Positions 55,927-64,000 of a stretch of 64,000 nt of DNA are shown piece after piece. The notes under the pieces were generated by a model. It was given only the letters and a program-made list of their open reading frames with translations, was not told the origin of the DNA and did not search any database. A program made the translations under genes and the position numbers. This stretch comes from an uncultured Verrucomicrobiae bacterium (lineage in GTDB: Bacteria; Chlamydiota; Chlamydiia; Chlamydiales; Rhabdochlamydiaceae), in assembly GCA_963731265.1 (NCBI GenBank), contig CAVSUE010000001.1, positions 1,696,001 through 1,760,000 of the forward strand, in the 5' to 3' direction. Position 1 is the stretch's first letter. Each line of letters opens with the position of its first letter.

Positions 55927-58769
55927 CGAGATAAGATTTGCCTCAAAACATAAGGCAAAATCCCTCCATGCAGATAATAATCGATATCGGTCTGCGTATC
56001 GAGTCTGCTGATGAGTTTTACCCGATCGACTTTGCCACCCCCGCGGTCGATTTCCAGAATGACCTCTTGTCGAGGCTTCATCTCCTGTTCCAGGCCGAGG
56101 AGAGAAAATGTTTCATCGCCTTTGATGTTAAACGATTCAAATCCTTCATCGCCTGTAAATTGCAAAGGAAGGACGCCCATCCCCACCAAATTGCTGCGAT
56201 GGATCCTCTCAAAGCTTTTCACGACGACTGCCCGGACGCCAAGCAAAGCGGTTCCTTTCGCCGCCCAATCGCGTGAACTTCCCATTCCGTAATCTTTGCC
56301 AGCAAATACAATGAGAGGAACTTGATTTTTTGCGTAAATTTCACAAGCGTCGAAAATCGGCATTTCTATTCCTTCGGGCATCAATTTTGTTAACCCGCCT
56401 TCTTTGCCTTCGACGATTTTATTGCGGATCCTCACGTTGGCAAATGTCCCGCGCATCATGATATTGTGATTACCCCGGCGGCTGCCGTAGCTATTGAATT
56501 CCCTTTCGGAAACGCCGAGTGAAATGAGGTATTTACCCGCAGGCGTGTTCGCCTTAAACGCCCCCGCAGGCGAAATATGGTCGGTTGTGATCGAGTCGCC
56601 AAACAGAGCAAGGGCCCGCATCCCTTTCAGCTCTTTCCGTTGGGGCAATTCAAGGGTGAAATTTTCGAAAAAAGGAGGTTTTTGAATATAGGTGCTTTTG
56701 GTATCCCAGGCATACTGCGCTCCCTTCCTGACTTGGATTTTTTTCCAAAGAGGATTGTCGTCGAGGAAATGCGCATACCGTTTTTTGAACATCTCCGGCT
56801 GGAGCCCTTGCTTTACAACTTCTTGGATCTCCTCATAACTCGGCCAGATCTCCCTTAAAAAAACAGGCTTGCCATCTTTATCAACCGCGAGCGGTTCCTT
56901 TTCCATGTCGATATCGACCCTGCCCGCAAGAGCAAAGGCGACCACGAGCGGTGGAGACATTAAGAAATTCGCTTTCACCGAACCATGGATACGCGCCTCA
57001 AAATTCCGGTTTCCGCTGAGCACGCTCGCCACAATGAGATCGTGCTCTTTGATTGCGGTTTCAATTTTTTCGTCCAAAGGGCCGCTATTGCCGATGCATG
57101 TCGTGCAGCCGTAGGCCACAAGCTGGAATCCAAGAGCATCGAGATATTTATCCAATCCCGTTTTATTAAGATAATCTGTCACAACACGCGACCCCGGCGC
57201 CAGGCTCGTCTTGACGCGGCAATCGATCTTTAATCCTTTTTCCACCGCTTTTTTGGCGAGAAGCCCTGCCGCAAGCATCACATCGGGATTCGAGGTGTTT
57301 GTGCAGCTCGTGATCGCCGCGATGACGACCACCCCGTGGTCCAACACAAAATCACAAGGCCGGTGCTGCATATAACCTGGATTGATCACTTCTTTGGTAA
57401 ATGGACGGTTAGTGACCATTTCTTCTTCGCTCCATCCCTGCTGGCGGGCAAGGGATTCTTTTCCTCCTGTGACATGCAGCTCATTAACATGGAAATTCCC
57501 TTCGGAATGGACGCAAATTTGTTTGCTCCTATCGGAGGTCTGCTTGCCGTATCCCCCTTCTTGGACAGGGGCGGTGAACAGCTCATTGAACTTATTTTTC
57601 ACCTCGACTAAATCGATCCGGTCTTGAGGACGCTTGGGGCCTGCCACGCACGGCTTGACGCTTTTCAAATCCAATTCGACCACTTTCGTGAATTCGACCT
57701 CCCCTTTTTTGGGAATCCCGAACATCCTTTGCGCCTGCAGATATTCTTTGATCCGCTGGATCTGCTTTTCATCGCGCCCCGTCATTCTCATGTATTCGAG
57801 CGTTTTTTCATCCGCGGGGAAAAAGCCAATCGTCGCTCCGTATTCGGGAGCCATGTTCCCGATCGTCGCTCTGTCTGCCACGCTCAATGTCGCTGCCCCT
57901 TCACCGCAAAACTCGACGAATTTGCCCACGACTTTTTCTTTGCGCAGCATTTCGGTGATCCGCAGTGTCAAATCTGTCGCCGTCACCCCTTTTTGCAACG
58001 CATTGGACAAATGGACGCCTATCACTTCCGGCGTTTGGAAAAAATAAGGCAGACCGAGCATGGCCGCCTCGGCTTCAATTCCGCCCACTCCCCAGCCGAG
58101 CACGCCAAGCCCATTGATCATCGTCGTATGAGAATCCGTGCCGACCAGCGTATCGAAATACAAAAGGGAATTTTTTTCTGTGACGACGGAACCTAGGTGT
58201 TCCAGGTTAACTTGATGGCAGATGCCGATTCCCGGAGGAACGACTTTAAACGTCTTGAATCCTTCTTGCCCCCAATTTAAAAACTCGTACCGTTCCTTAT
58301 TGCGCTCGAACTCAATTTCCAGGTTGAACAAATAAGAATCCGCAGTTCCTGAGCGGTCCACCTGCACGGAATGGTCGATGATAAGGTCCACCGGCACGAT
58401 CGGCTCAATCTTTTTAGGATCGGCATTCTTCGCCGCCACAGCATCCCGCATCGCGGCCAGGTCTACAAGCAGAGGCACGCCTGTAAAATCTTGCAAAAGA
58501 ACGCGAGAGAGAACAAAGGGGACATCGCCTTCATCCGGCTTTTGCGGATTCCATTTGGCAAGGCGCAGCACATCCTCTTCCCTCACCCGCCTACCATCGC
58601 AATTGCGCAGCAGCGATTCCAGCATGATCCGGATCGAGACCGGTAGCTTTCGAACGCCCGGAACTTTTGCTTCGAGCGCGGGCAAAGAATAGTAAAAATG
58701 CTCCCCATCCTCATTCAATGACTTCAAGGTCTGGAATGGATTGGCCAGCCCGCTCTCCTTCTCTTTCAC
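55923..58769 (-). CDS. acnA: Aconitate hydratase A
   Basis: [58 protein letters not shown] start at 58769 after SD ggagg. Confidence 0.96.
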   Translation of the reverse strand: MKEKESGLANPFQTLKSLNEDGEHFYYSLPALEAKVPGVRKLPVSIRIMLESLLRNCDGRRVREEDVLRLAKWNPQKPDEGDVPFVLSRVLLQDFTGVPLLVDLAAMRDAVAAKNADPKKIEPIVPVDLIIDHSVQVDRSGTADSYLFNLEIEFERNKERYEFLNWGQEGFKTFKVVPPGIGICHQVNLEHLGSVVTEKNSLLYFDTLVGTDSHTTMINGLGVLGWGVGGIEAEAAMLGLPYFFQTPEVIGVHLSNALQKGVTATDLTLRITEMLRKEKVVGKFVEFCGEGAATLSVADRATIGNMAPEYGATIGFFPADEKTLEYMRMTGRDEKQIQRIKEYLQAQRMFGIPKKGEVEFTKVVELDLKSVKPCVAGPKRPQDRIDLVEVKNKFNELFTAPVQEGGYGKQTSDRSKQICVHSEGNFHVNELHVTGGKESLARQQGWSEEEMVTNRPFTKEVINPGYMQHRPCDFVLDHGVVVIAAITSCTNTSNPDVMLAAGLLAKKAVEKGLKIDCRVKTSLAPGSRVVTDYLNKTGLDKYLDALGFQLVAYGCTTCIGNSGPLDEKIETAIKEHDLIVASVLSGNRNFEARIHGSVKANFLMSPPLVVAFALAGRVDIDMEKEPLAVDKDGKPVFLREIWPSYEEIQEVVKQGLQPEMFKKRYAHFLDDNPLWKKIQVRKGAQYAWDTKSTYIQKPPFFENFTLELPQRKELKGMRALALFGDSITTDHISPAGAFKANTPAGKYLISLGVSEREFNSYGSRRGNHNIMMRGTFANVRIRNKIVEGKEGGLTKLMPEGIEMPIFDACEIYAKNQVPLIVFAGKDYGMGSSRDWAAKGTALLGVRAVVVKSFERIHRSNLVGMGVLPLQFTGDEGFESFNIKGDETFSLLGLEQEMKPRQEVILEIDRGGGKVDRVKLISRLDTQTDIDYYLHGGILPYVLRQILSR

Positions 58770-58875
58770 AATCGCCTCCGCAAAAAAACATTTACCTCCT
58801 TTTAGAGGGAACAGGATTTCCAATGCAAATATTTCTTATCTTTTATACAATTGATGAAAAAAAAGGAGTGCCTTT

Positions 58876-59271
58876 ATGAATTTACAATCGATGAACCTGG
58901 CATGGATCGTTGTCAATGACATCAAAAAAGCTGTCAAATTCTACACCGAGACCGTCGGACTCAAACTGATGGAGTTCAATGAACAATACGGATGGGCTGA
59001 GTTAGAAGGCAATGCAGGTGGCGCCAGGATCGGCATCGCGCAGAAGCAGCCTAATAGCGAAGATGGCGTAGAACCAGGCCAAAACGCCGTGGTCACTTTC
59101 ACCGTCCGCAGCCTCGACCAAGCCCTCGCCGATCTTACAAAAAAAGGCGCACAGCTCGTCGGAAAAGTGCAAGAAGTCCCAGGACACGTGAAAATGCAAA
59201 CCGTTTCCGACACCGACGGCAACCGTTTTCAGCTTGTCCAGGTCCTTACCCATTCCTGCCCGCATTGCTAA
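58876..59271 (+). CDS. VOC/glyoxalase-family protein
   Basis: V.DI.KA..FY...GL; D.DGN..QL. Confidence 0.85.
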   Translation: MNLQSMNLAWIVVNDIKKAVKFYTETVGLKLMEFNEQYGWAELEGNAGGARIGIAQKQPNSEDGVEPGQNAVVTFTVRSLDQALADLTKKGAQLVGKVQEVPGHVKMQTVSDTDGNRFQLVQVLTHSCPHC

Positions 59272-59294
59272 TTTTTTGAGCGCCTACTGCCTGT

Positions 59295-60137
59295 CTAAAA
59301 TCTTCGGTAGCCATTAAATGCTTTTGCCCAGTCGCATATGACTTTTTCATTGGCCTCTCGATCAAAACGGACTTGAACAGAAATGTAGGGATAAGGGTGG
59401 CGATTATCAAAATCTCTCCCCTCATTCTTTAAATAGAGCTTGATCAGAATTTCTTTGTTATACCAGGGCCGTGTCGAGACATTGAGTTCACCTTTGTCCA
59501 ATTTCTGAAATTCCTGATACTGCTTGTCCCCTTTGTAAATCGACATCTCCCTGTAGTAACCCATCAAGATTTTGATCACCTCTTCGGGATTTTGCTCCAT
59601 CCCTTGAAGATAGAAGTCAACTTCCGCCCCGACCATATGTTTGGAATTCTGGTTATAAGCAGAATTATCGGCATAAGCGTTGTGGACCGGGCATCGATGG
59701 CCACAGGTAATGATCGCTTTGCACCCCGTCTTGGCCTGCACATAGTTGAGCAAATCGATCAAGATTGGATAGACAAACTCCTTATTTTCCCGAATCGGAA
59801 GGGAGTGCTTTTGAGATCCGCCGCAATCAAAATAATTGGCGGCGCGGGAAGGGTCTTTATGGTCAACGTGCGGGGGATTTAAGCTAGAGCCCTTACAGCG
59901 AAAGTATTGTTTGGTGATCTTGGAATGTTTTCCGATATATGCCATTTCCCAGGGATATTTCACTCGGACGCGGTGTTCGGGAGTTTCCAAGGGATACTCA
60001 TATTCATCATGATTCCGCAGGACAAACTCTCCCTTGGCATTGAGCCTTCGCAACTTCTCCTGTTCCGAATGTTCCATGCCGGAACAACTAGCTAAAAATA
60101 AAAATAAACAATTTAAAACTTTTTTTAAACTCGCCAT
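59295..60137 (-). CDS. Lipoprotein with M15-type peptidase-like motifs
   Basis: Lipobox LASC; ITCGHRCP.HN, SKHM.G.EVDF. Confidence 0.65.
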   Translation of the reverse strand: MASLKKVLNCLFLFLASCSGMEHSEQEKLRRLNAKGEFVLRNHDEYEYPLETPEHRVRVKYPWEMAYIGKHSKITKQYFRCKGSSLNPPHVDHKDPSRAANYFDCGGSQKHSLPIRENKEFVYPILIDLLNYVQAKTGCKAIITCGHRCPVHNAYADNSAYNQNSKHMVGAEVDFYLQGMEQNPEEVIKILMGYYREMSIYKGDKQYQEFQKLDKGELNVSTRPWYNKEILIKLYLKNEGRDFDNRHPYPYISVQVRFDREANEKVICDWAKAFNGYRRF

Positions 60138-60196
60138 TTCCTATAATCCGGTTTAGGCAGGTACTCCCTCAGTTTATACCAATAACTCATTAAAGT

Positions 60197-61567
60197 ATGG
60201 CAATTGAAAAAGTTCTTATCGTCGATATAGATTCTTCGAATTGTCTTTTTCTCAAAGATCTCCTCCAGCTTAGAAAAAGCGAAGTTTACCTCGCCGACAA
60301 CGGAACGGCTGCCTCCGAGTATCTTAGCCAACACCTGTTTGATCTTGTGATCTGCGACCTGCACATTCCCAACTCCAGCGGCCTGGAGATTCTGAAAATT
60401 GCTAAATCCCACAATCCTCACATGCTTGTCATCCTCACCACTGCTTTTGCCAGTATTGAGGGTGCCGTGGAAGCCATGCGCCTAGGAGCTTTCCACTATC
60501 TTCTTAAGCCCTTTCACCTCGAGACCATCGAGACCATGCTCGATAAAGTGCAAGAACATATCGACTTGCTTCAAGAGAATTTTTATTTGCGTGAGGAGAT
60601 CTCCACCAAGCCCGACCGTAAAAAACACCTTCTCATCGCCGAAAGCGAAAGCATGAAGAAGATTTTAAGCGATGTGGGAAAAATTGCCAAAAGTTCTTCT
60701 TCCGTATTCATCAGCGGGGAGTCAGGCACGGGAAAAGAGATCATCGCCCATGCGATTCATGCGCAATCTCACCGCAATTCACAGCCTTTCATCAAGGTCA
60801 ATTGCGCAGCAATCCCTACCAGCCTCCTCGAATCTGAGTTTTTCGGCCATGAAAAAGGCGCATTTACCGGCGCAATCAATAAAAAGCTCGGCCGATTCGA
60901 GCTCGCGGACAAGGGAACTCTCCTCCTCGATGAAATTTCCGAAATTCCCCTCGAACTCCAATCCAAACTCCTTCGCGCCATCCAAGAGATGGAATTCGAA
61001 CGCGTCGGCGGCATTCGCCCCATCCAAGTCGACGTCCGCCTGATCTCCACCTCTAACCGCTCGATGAAGGAAGCCATTGAAGAAAAGCTGTTCCGTGAAG
61101 ATCTTTATTACCGCCTCAACGTCGTCCCCATCCATCTCCCGCCTTTGAGAGACCGCAGAGAAGACATTCTTCCTTTGGCTGAATTTTTCTTAAAACGGCT
61201 CTGCAACGAGAACCAGAAACCGGTCAAACAGCTCAAAGCCGAAGCCAAACAAAAACTGCTCGACTACAAATGGCCGGGCAACATCCGCGAACTTGCCAAC
61301 GTGATCGAGCGCAGTGTCGTCATGAATGCCTCAGAGATACTCGAGGCCCACCAAATCTATATCGAACTGGCCTGCCCCGTCATCGAAGCGCCCTTCCATT
61401 CTCTGCCTGCCGGAATAACCCTTGCAGAACTCGAAAAGCGCCTGATCCTGGAAACTCTCGACCGAGAGAAGAATAACCGCACAAAAGCCGCCCAAGTCCT
61501 CGGCATCAGCGTCCGCACCCTTCGCAACAAATTGCATGATTATAAGTCATTGATCCCAAGCATCTAA
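60197..61567 (+). CDS. atoC: Sigma54-activating response regulator (AtoC/CtcC, NtrC family)
   Basis: Receiver domain, GESGTGKE, GAFTGA, LLLDE, WPGNIREL, Fis-type HTH. Confidence 0.9.
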   Translation: MAIEKVLIVDIDSSNCLFLKDLLQLRKSEVYLADNGTAASEYLSQHLFDLVICDLHIPNSSGLEILKIAKSHNPHMLVILTTAFASIEGAVEAMRLGAFHYLLKPFHLETIETMLDKVQEHIDLLQENFYLREEISTKPDRKKHLLIAESESMKKILSDVGKIAKSSSSVFISGESGTGKEIIAHAIHAQSHRNSQPFIKVNCAAIPTSLLESEFFGHEKGAFTGAINKKLGRFELADKGTLLLDEISEIPLELQSKLLRAIQEMEFERVGGIRPIQVDVRLISTSNRSMKEAIEEKLFREDLYYRLNVVPIHLPPLRDRREDILPLAEFFLKRLCNENQKPVKQLKAEAKQKLLDYKWPGNIRELANVIERSVVMNASEILEAHQIYIELACPVIEAPFHSLPAGITLAELEKRLILETLDREKNNRTKAAQVLGISVRTLRNKLHDYKSLIPSI

Positions 61568-61706
61568 CACCTTTTTGATACGGGCGACAAATCGCTCAAA
61601 ATCCTGACTTTTCATAACGTTCCTATATTATTAGAAATTTTTCTTGTTCAAATTTTTGAAATCCCATTATCATCTCAAAATTCCTTTAATCGATGGGGAG
61701 GATACG

Positions 61707-61946
61707 ATGAGTTTTGGTCGGGTATGCAGCCAGCAACATTATTACCAACAGACTGCCCAGAATGATCAAAGTCTACAAGATCCCCAACAAGCTAATCAGG
61801 CAGATCAAACGACTAATGATCCTCAGCAAGAAGATCCTAAACAACATCCTTGCATCTGGATGAACTGTACATCATTTTCAACAGATGGTTTTTTAACTGA
61901 TCAACAACGCGAACATCAAATCGTTTACCATGGAGACGGCAGGTGA
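61707..61946 (+). CDS. Small Gln-rich hypothetical protein
   Basis: SD ggggagg before ATG 61707; stop overlaps the next start (GTGA). Confidence 0.55.
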   Translation: MSFGRVCSQQHYYQQTAQNDQSLQDPQQANQADQTTNDPQQEDPKQHPCIWMNCTSFSTDGFLTDQQREHQIVYHGDGR

Positions 61947-63217
61947 AAGTGACTATTCTAATATCTCAGTTTTTTTTGTTTTTTGCAGCAATTGTCCTAA
62001 CAGCGCCTTGCTTTTCGCAAATTATCGCAGAAGGCAAGACAAAAATTGTCCGAAATTATCCCGATGATCCCCAGTTAGCCATTTTTGAATCGAAAGACGT
62101 GATTACGGCTTTTAACACCAAACGGGAAAATTTCGCAGGCAAAGCAGCATTAGCAAATCAGACGACATGTAATGTTTTTAGACTTCTTTCTGAATGCGGA
62201 ATTCCCGTCTCTTTTCGAAAACAACTCGATGAGCGTAGCTTTCTAGGGGATTTATGCGAAATGATCCACTATGAAGTGGTGGTTAGAAGAGAAGCCCATG
62301 GATCCTATCTGAAGCGCCATCCCCAATTAGAAAAAGCAACTCTGTTTCCAAAGCTAGTTGTCGAGTTCTTCCTGAAGACCAGCGATAATAATTGGCTCGG
62401 AACAGCAATTCCAAAAGATGATCCTTTTATCCAGTTTACAGATTCAGGCGCTGAGTTATATTTGCCGGATGCTCCCCTGACGAGCCAGAAACCCTTTTTA
62501 GTTCTTTCCGATTACCCTTTGAAGGACCATCCCGAGTATTTTGAACGGATCGTAAAAATTGCGAAACAAACCTTTCTTATCCTCGAAAAGGCATGGCAAT
62601 TGGAAGGTGCGCGACTGGTCGATTTTAAAGTGGAGTTTGGCTTTAATTATAAAGGGGAATTGCTCCTCGCGGATGTCATCGATAACGATTCGTGGCGCGT
62701 CATTCAAAATCAACAATACATTGATAAACAAGCCTACAGAGATGGTCAGAGCGTCGATGCCGTGACTCTTCTTTACCAACGCGTCTCCTTTTTAACGGAC
62801 CATTTCAAACTTCCCGATCAGCAACTCATTTTATGGCGGGAATCGGATAAGGACGATTTAGATCCCTTTGTTAAACAATTTGGGCGATTTGAAAATACTC
62901 ACTTAAAGTCGACGATTGTCACCTCTGTAGATAAAAACCCAATCGAAAGCACCATCGTTCTTCAGGAAAAACTAAAACAAGTTCCAGACTCTGTTTTGAT
63001 ATCAAGCAATGGCGCGGCGCCCACTGTTTCAGCCAATGCAACGATCCCTGTGATTACAACTTCTGCTGGATCGGACCCCAGAGCCCCTTCTGCAGCACAT
63101 GGGATGACAGTGATGGAACCTCAAAATGCAGTCCTTGCCGCTTTGCAAATCCTGGCTTGCCGAAATCCATTGCTATACATGCAGCTCCGCATGGAGCAGG
63201 AAGAGTTCGGCAAATAG
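61943..63217 (+). CDS. purC: SAICAR synthetase fused to a degenerate PurE-like domain, with N-terminal hydrophobic leader
   Basis: EGKTK, EVVVRR.A.GSYLKR.P, EFFLK, LVDFKVEFG, LADVIDNDSWR, DKQ.YRD; C-terminal PVI and P.NA.LAA..IL. Confidence 0.8.
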   Translation: MKVTILISQFFLFFAAIVLTAPCFSQIIAEGKTKIVRNYPDDPQLAIFESKDVITAFNTKRENFAGKAALANQTTCNVFRLLSECGIPVSFRKQLDERSFLGDLCEMIHYEVVVRREAHGSYLKRHPQLEKATLFPKLVVEFFLKTSDNNWLGTAIPKDDPFIQFTDSGAELYLPDAPLTSQKPFLVLSDYPLKDHPEYFERIVKIAKQTFLILEKAWQLEGARLVDFKVEFGFNYKGELLLADVIDNDSWRVIQNQQYIDKQAYRDGQSVDAVTLLYQRVSFLTDHFKLPDQQLILWRESDKDDLDPFVKQFGRFENTHLKSTIVTSVDKNPIESTIVLQEKLKQVPDSVLISSNGAAPTVSANATIPVITTSAGSDPRAPSAAHGMTVMEPQNAVLAALQILACRNPLLYMQLRMEQEEFGK

Positions 63218-63252
63218 TTTTCTAGTGAAACCCCTCAAATGGGCTTGATCAC

Positions 63253-63277
63253 GCCCGCGTTATGACGCGGGCTTTTT
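63253..63277 (+). terminator. Intrinsic terminator
   Basis: gcccgcgt-tatg-acgcgggc-ttttt. Confidence 0.8.
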
Positions 63278-63528
63278 CCACAAATTGAGAGGGGGACACC
63301 CCTCGAACTCTCCCTCCACCCGCCTGGGCCTCGCCCGATATCTCAATTGGTCCATCGTTTATTAGGGCAATGTAACTATTTCTTCTTCAATCAAGAATGG
63401 TTTTGTTCGACAATGATTTAAAACAGGAATTAATTAAAATTTTTTTATTACATCATTTTATTTATATTTAATAAAAATCTTATTTAGAGTATACTTTTAT
63501 ATAAAAACTCTTAAAAAGAGAATTAATC

Positions 63529-64000
63529 ATGACGAAATCAATCCAACCTCACAGCTTATCATCTTTGCCACCCATTGTCCCTCAGGAGGCTAGGCTTTTG
63601 GACATGCCGTTAGATATATTCACTCAAATTTTCAGATACTTGTCTAGCCGGGACATCGCGACAAGTTCCTCGGTCTGTAGACAGTGGACCGAGATATTGA
63701 AGGATAACGATGTTTGGCGCATATTATTTCATCACCGTTTTCCTAGCGTTAATCTAAACTCCATTGAGAATTTCAAGAGCGCCTACCAACGCGTTTACTC
63801 AAATCTCACAGCAGGAGTGTATGCTTTCCATACACTTAGATGCCCGGAGGGCTCGGTTGGATCTCTTGCCGTCTTCGAGGGGAAGCTTTTTTCGTGCTCT
63901 CAGGACAACACCATCACGGTGTCCGACCTAAAAACAGGGGAATGCACAGCCACCCTGACGGGCCATCCAGGCGACGGGGACAATATTGAAGCTCTTGCGA
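63529..64000 (+). CDS. F-box/WD40 protein, paralog of 16124-18163 (runs off the window end; not in the ORF track)
   Basis: Hand translation: MTKSIQPH...LLDMPLDIFTQIFRYLS...SSVCRQW...DVWRILF.H.FPSVN..SIENF.SAY..VYSNLT.GVY..HTL...LAVFEGKLFS. Confidence 0.9.
   Translation, partial: MTKSIQPHSLSSLPPIVPQEARLLDMPLDIFTQIFRYLSSRDIATSSSVCRQWTEILKDNDVWRILFHHRFPSVNLNSIENFKSAYQRVYSNLTAGVYAFHTLRCPEGSVGSLAVFEGKLFSCSQDNTITVSDLKTGECTATLTGHPGDGDNIEALA

Noticed and set aside
57350..57540. Insertion-like segment in aconitase as an in-frame palindromic element
   Set aside because: No inverted repeats or similarity to families A-C; this region is length-variable in AcnA proteins.
63283..63348. aattgaga/tctcaatt-bounded GC-rich segment after the purC terminator
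   Set aside because: Arms are only 8 bp and there is no second copy; insufficient support.

Overview
Gene-dense chromosomal window from an environmental chlamydia (Chlamydiota). This assignment is inferred from protein content and gene order: glyS-dnaG-mutS-uvrC-rpsN-rpmJ, rnpA-rpmH, pcnB-lpxB, rpmF-plsX-rng-plsB-ptr, yebC-GNAT-prfB-SWIB-truA-HAD, atoC/ctcC. Accessory genes sit between the core genes: a csbD-yciF stress cluster with a 39-bp tandem repeat, several eukaryote-like F-box genes (two F-box/WD40, one frameshifted), glycosyltransferases, and a PurC-PurE fusion with an apparent signal peptide. A decayed TPR/Ntox50-like toxin plus immunity cassette is bracketed by a duplication of the plsB 3' end. 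The most unusual signal is non-coding. At least three multi-copy families of short palindromic elements and several single-copy ones occupy intergenic spaces, often flush with start or stop codons. One family (two inverted copies of about 118 bp, three hairpins) supplies the Shine-Dalgarno and ATG of two unrelated downstream genes. A second keeps its length in multiples of three and reads as an open frame in two of three full copies. A third has a perfect 27-bp hairpin nested inside it. No transposase, CRISPR array or rRNA was seen. All family assignments come from motif recognition, not database searches.
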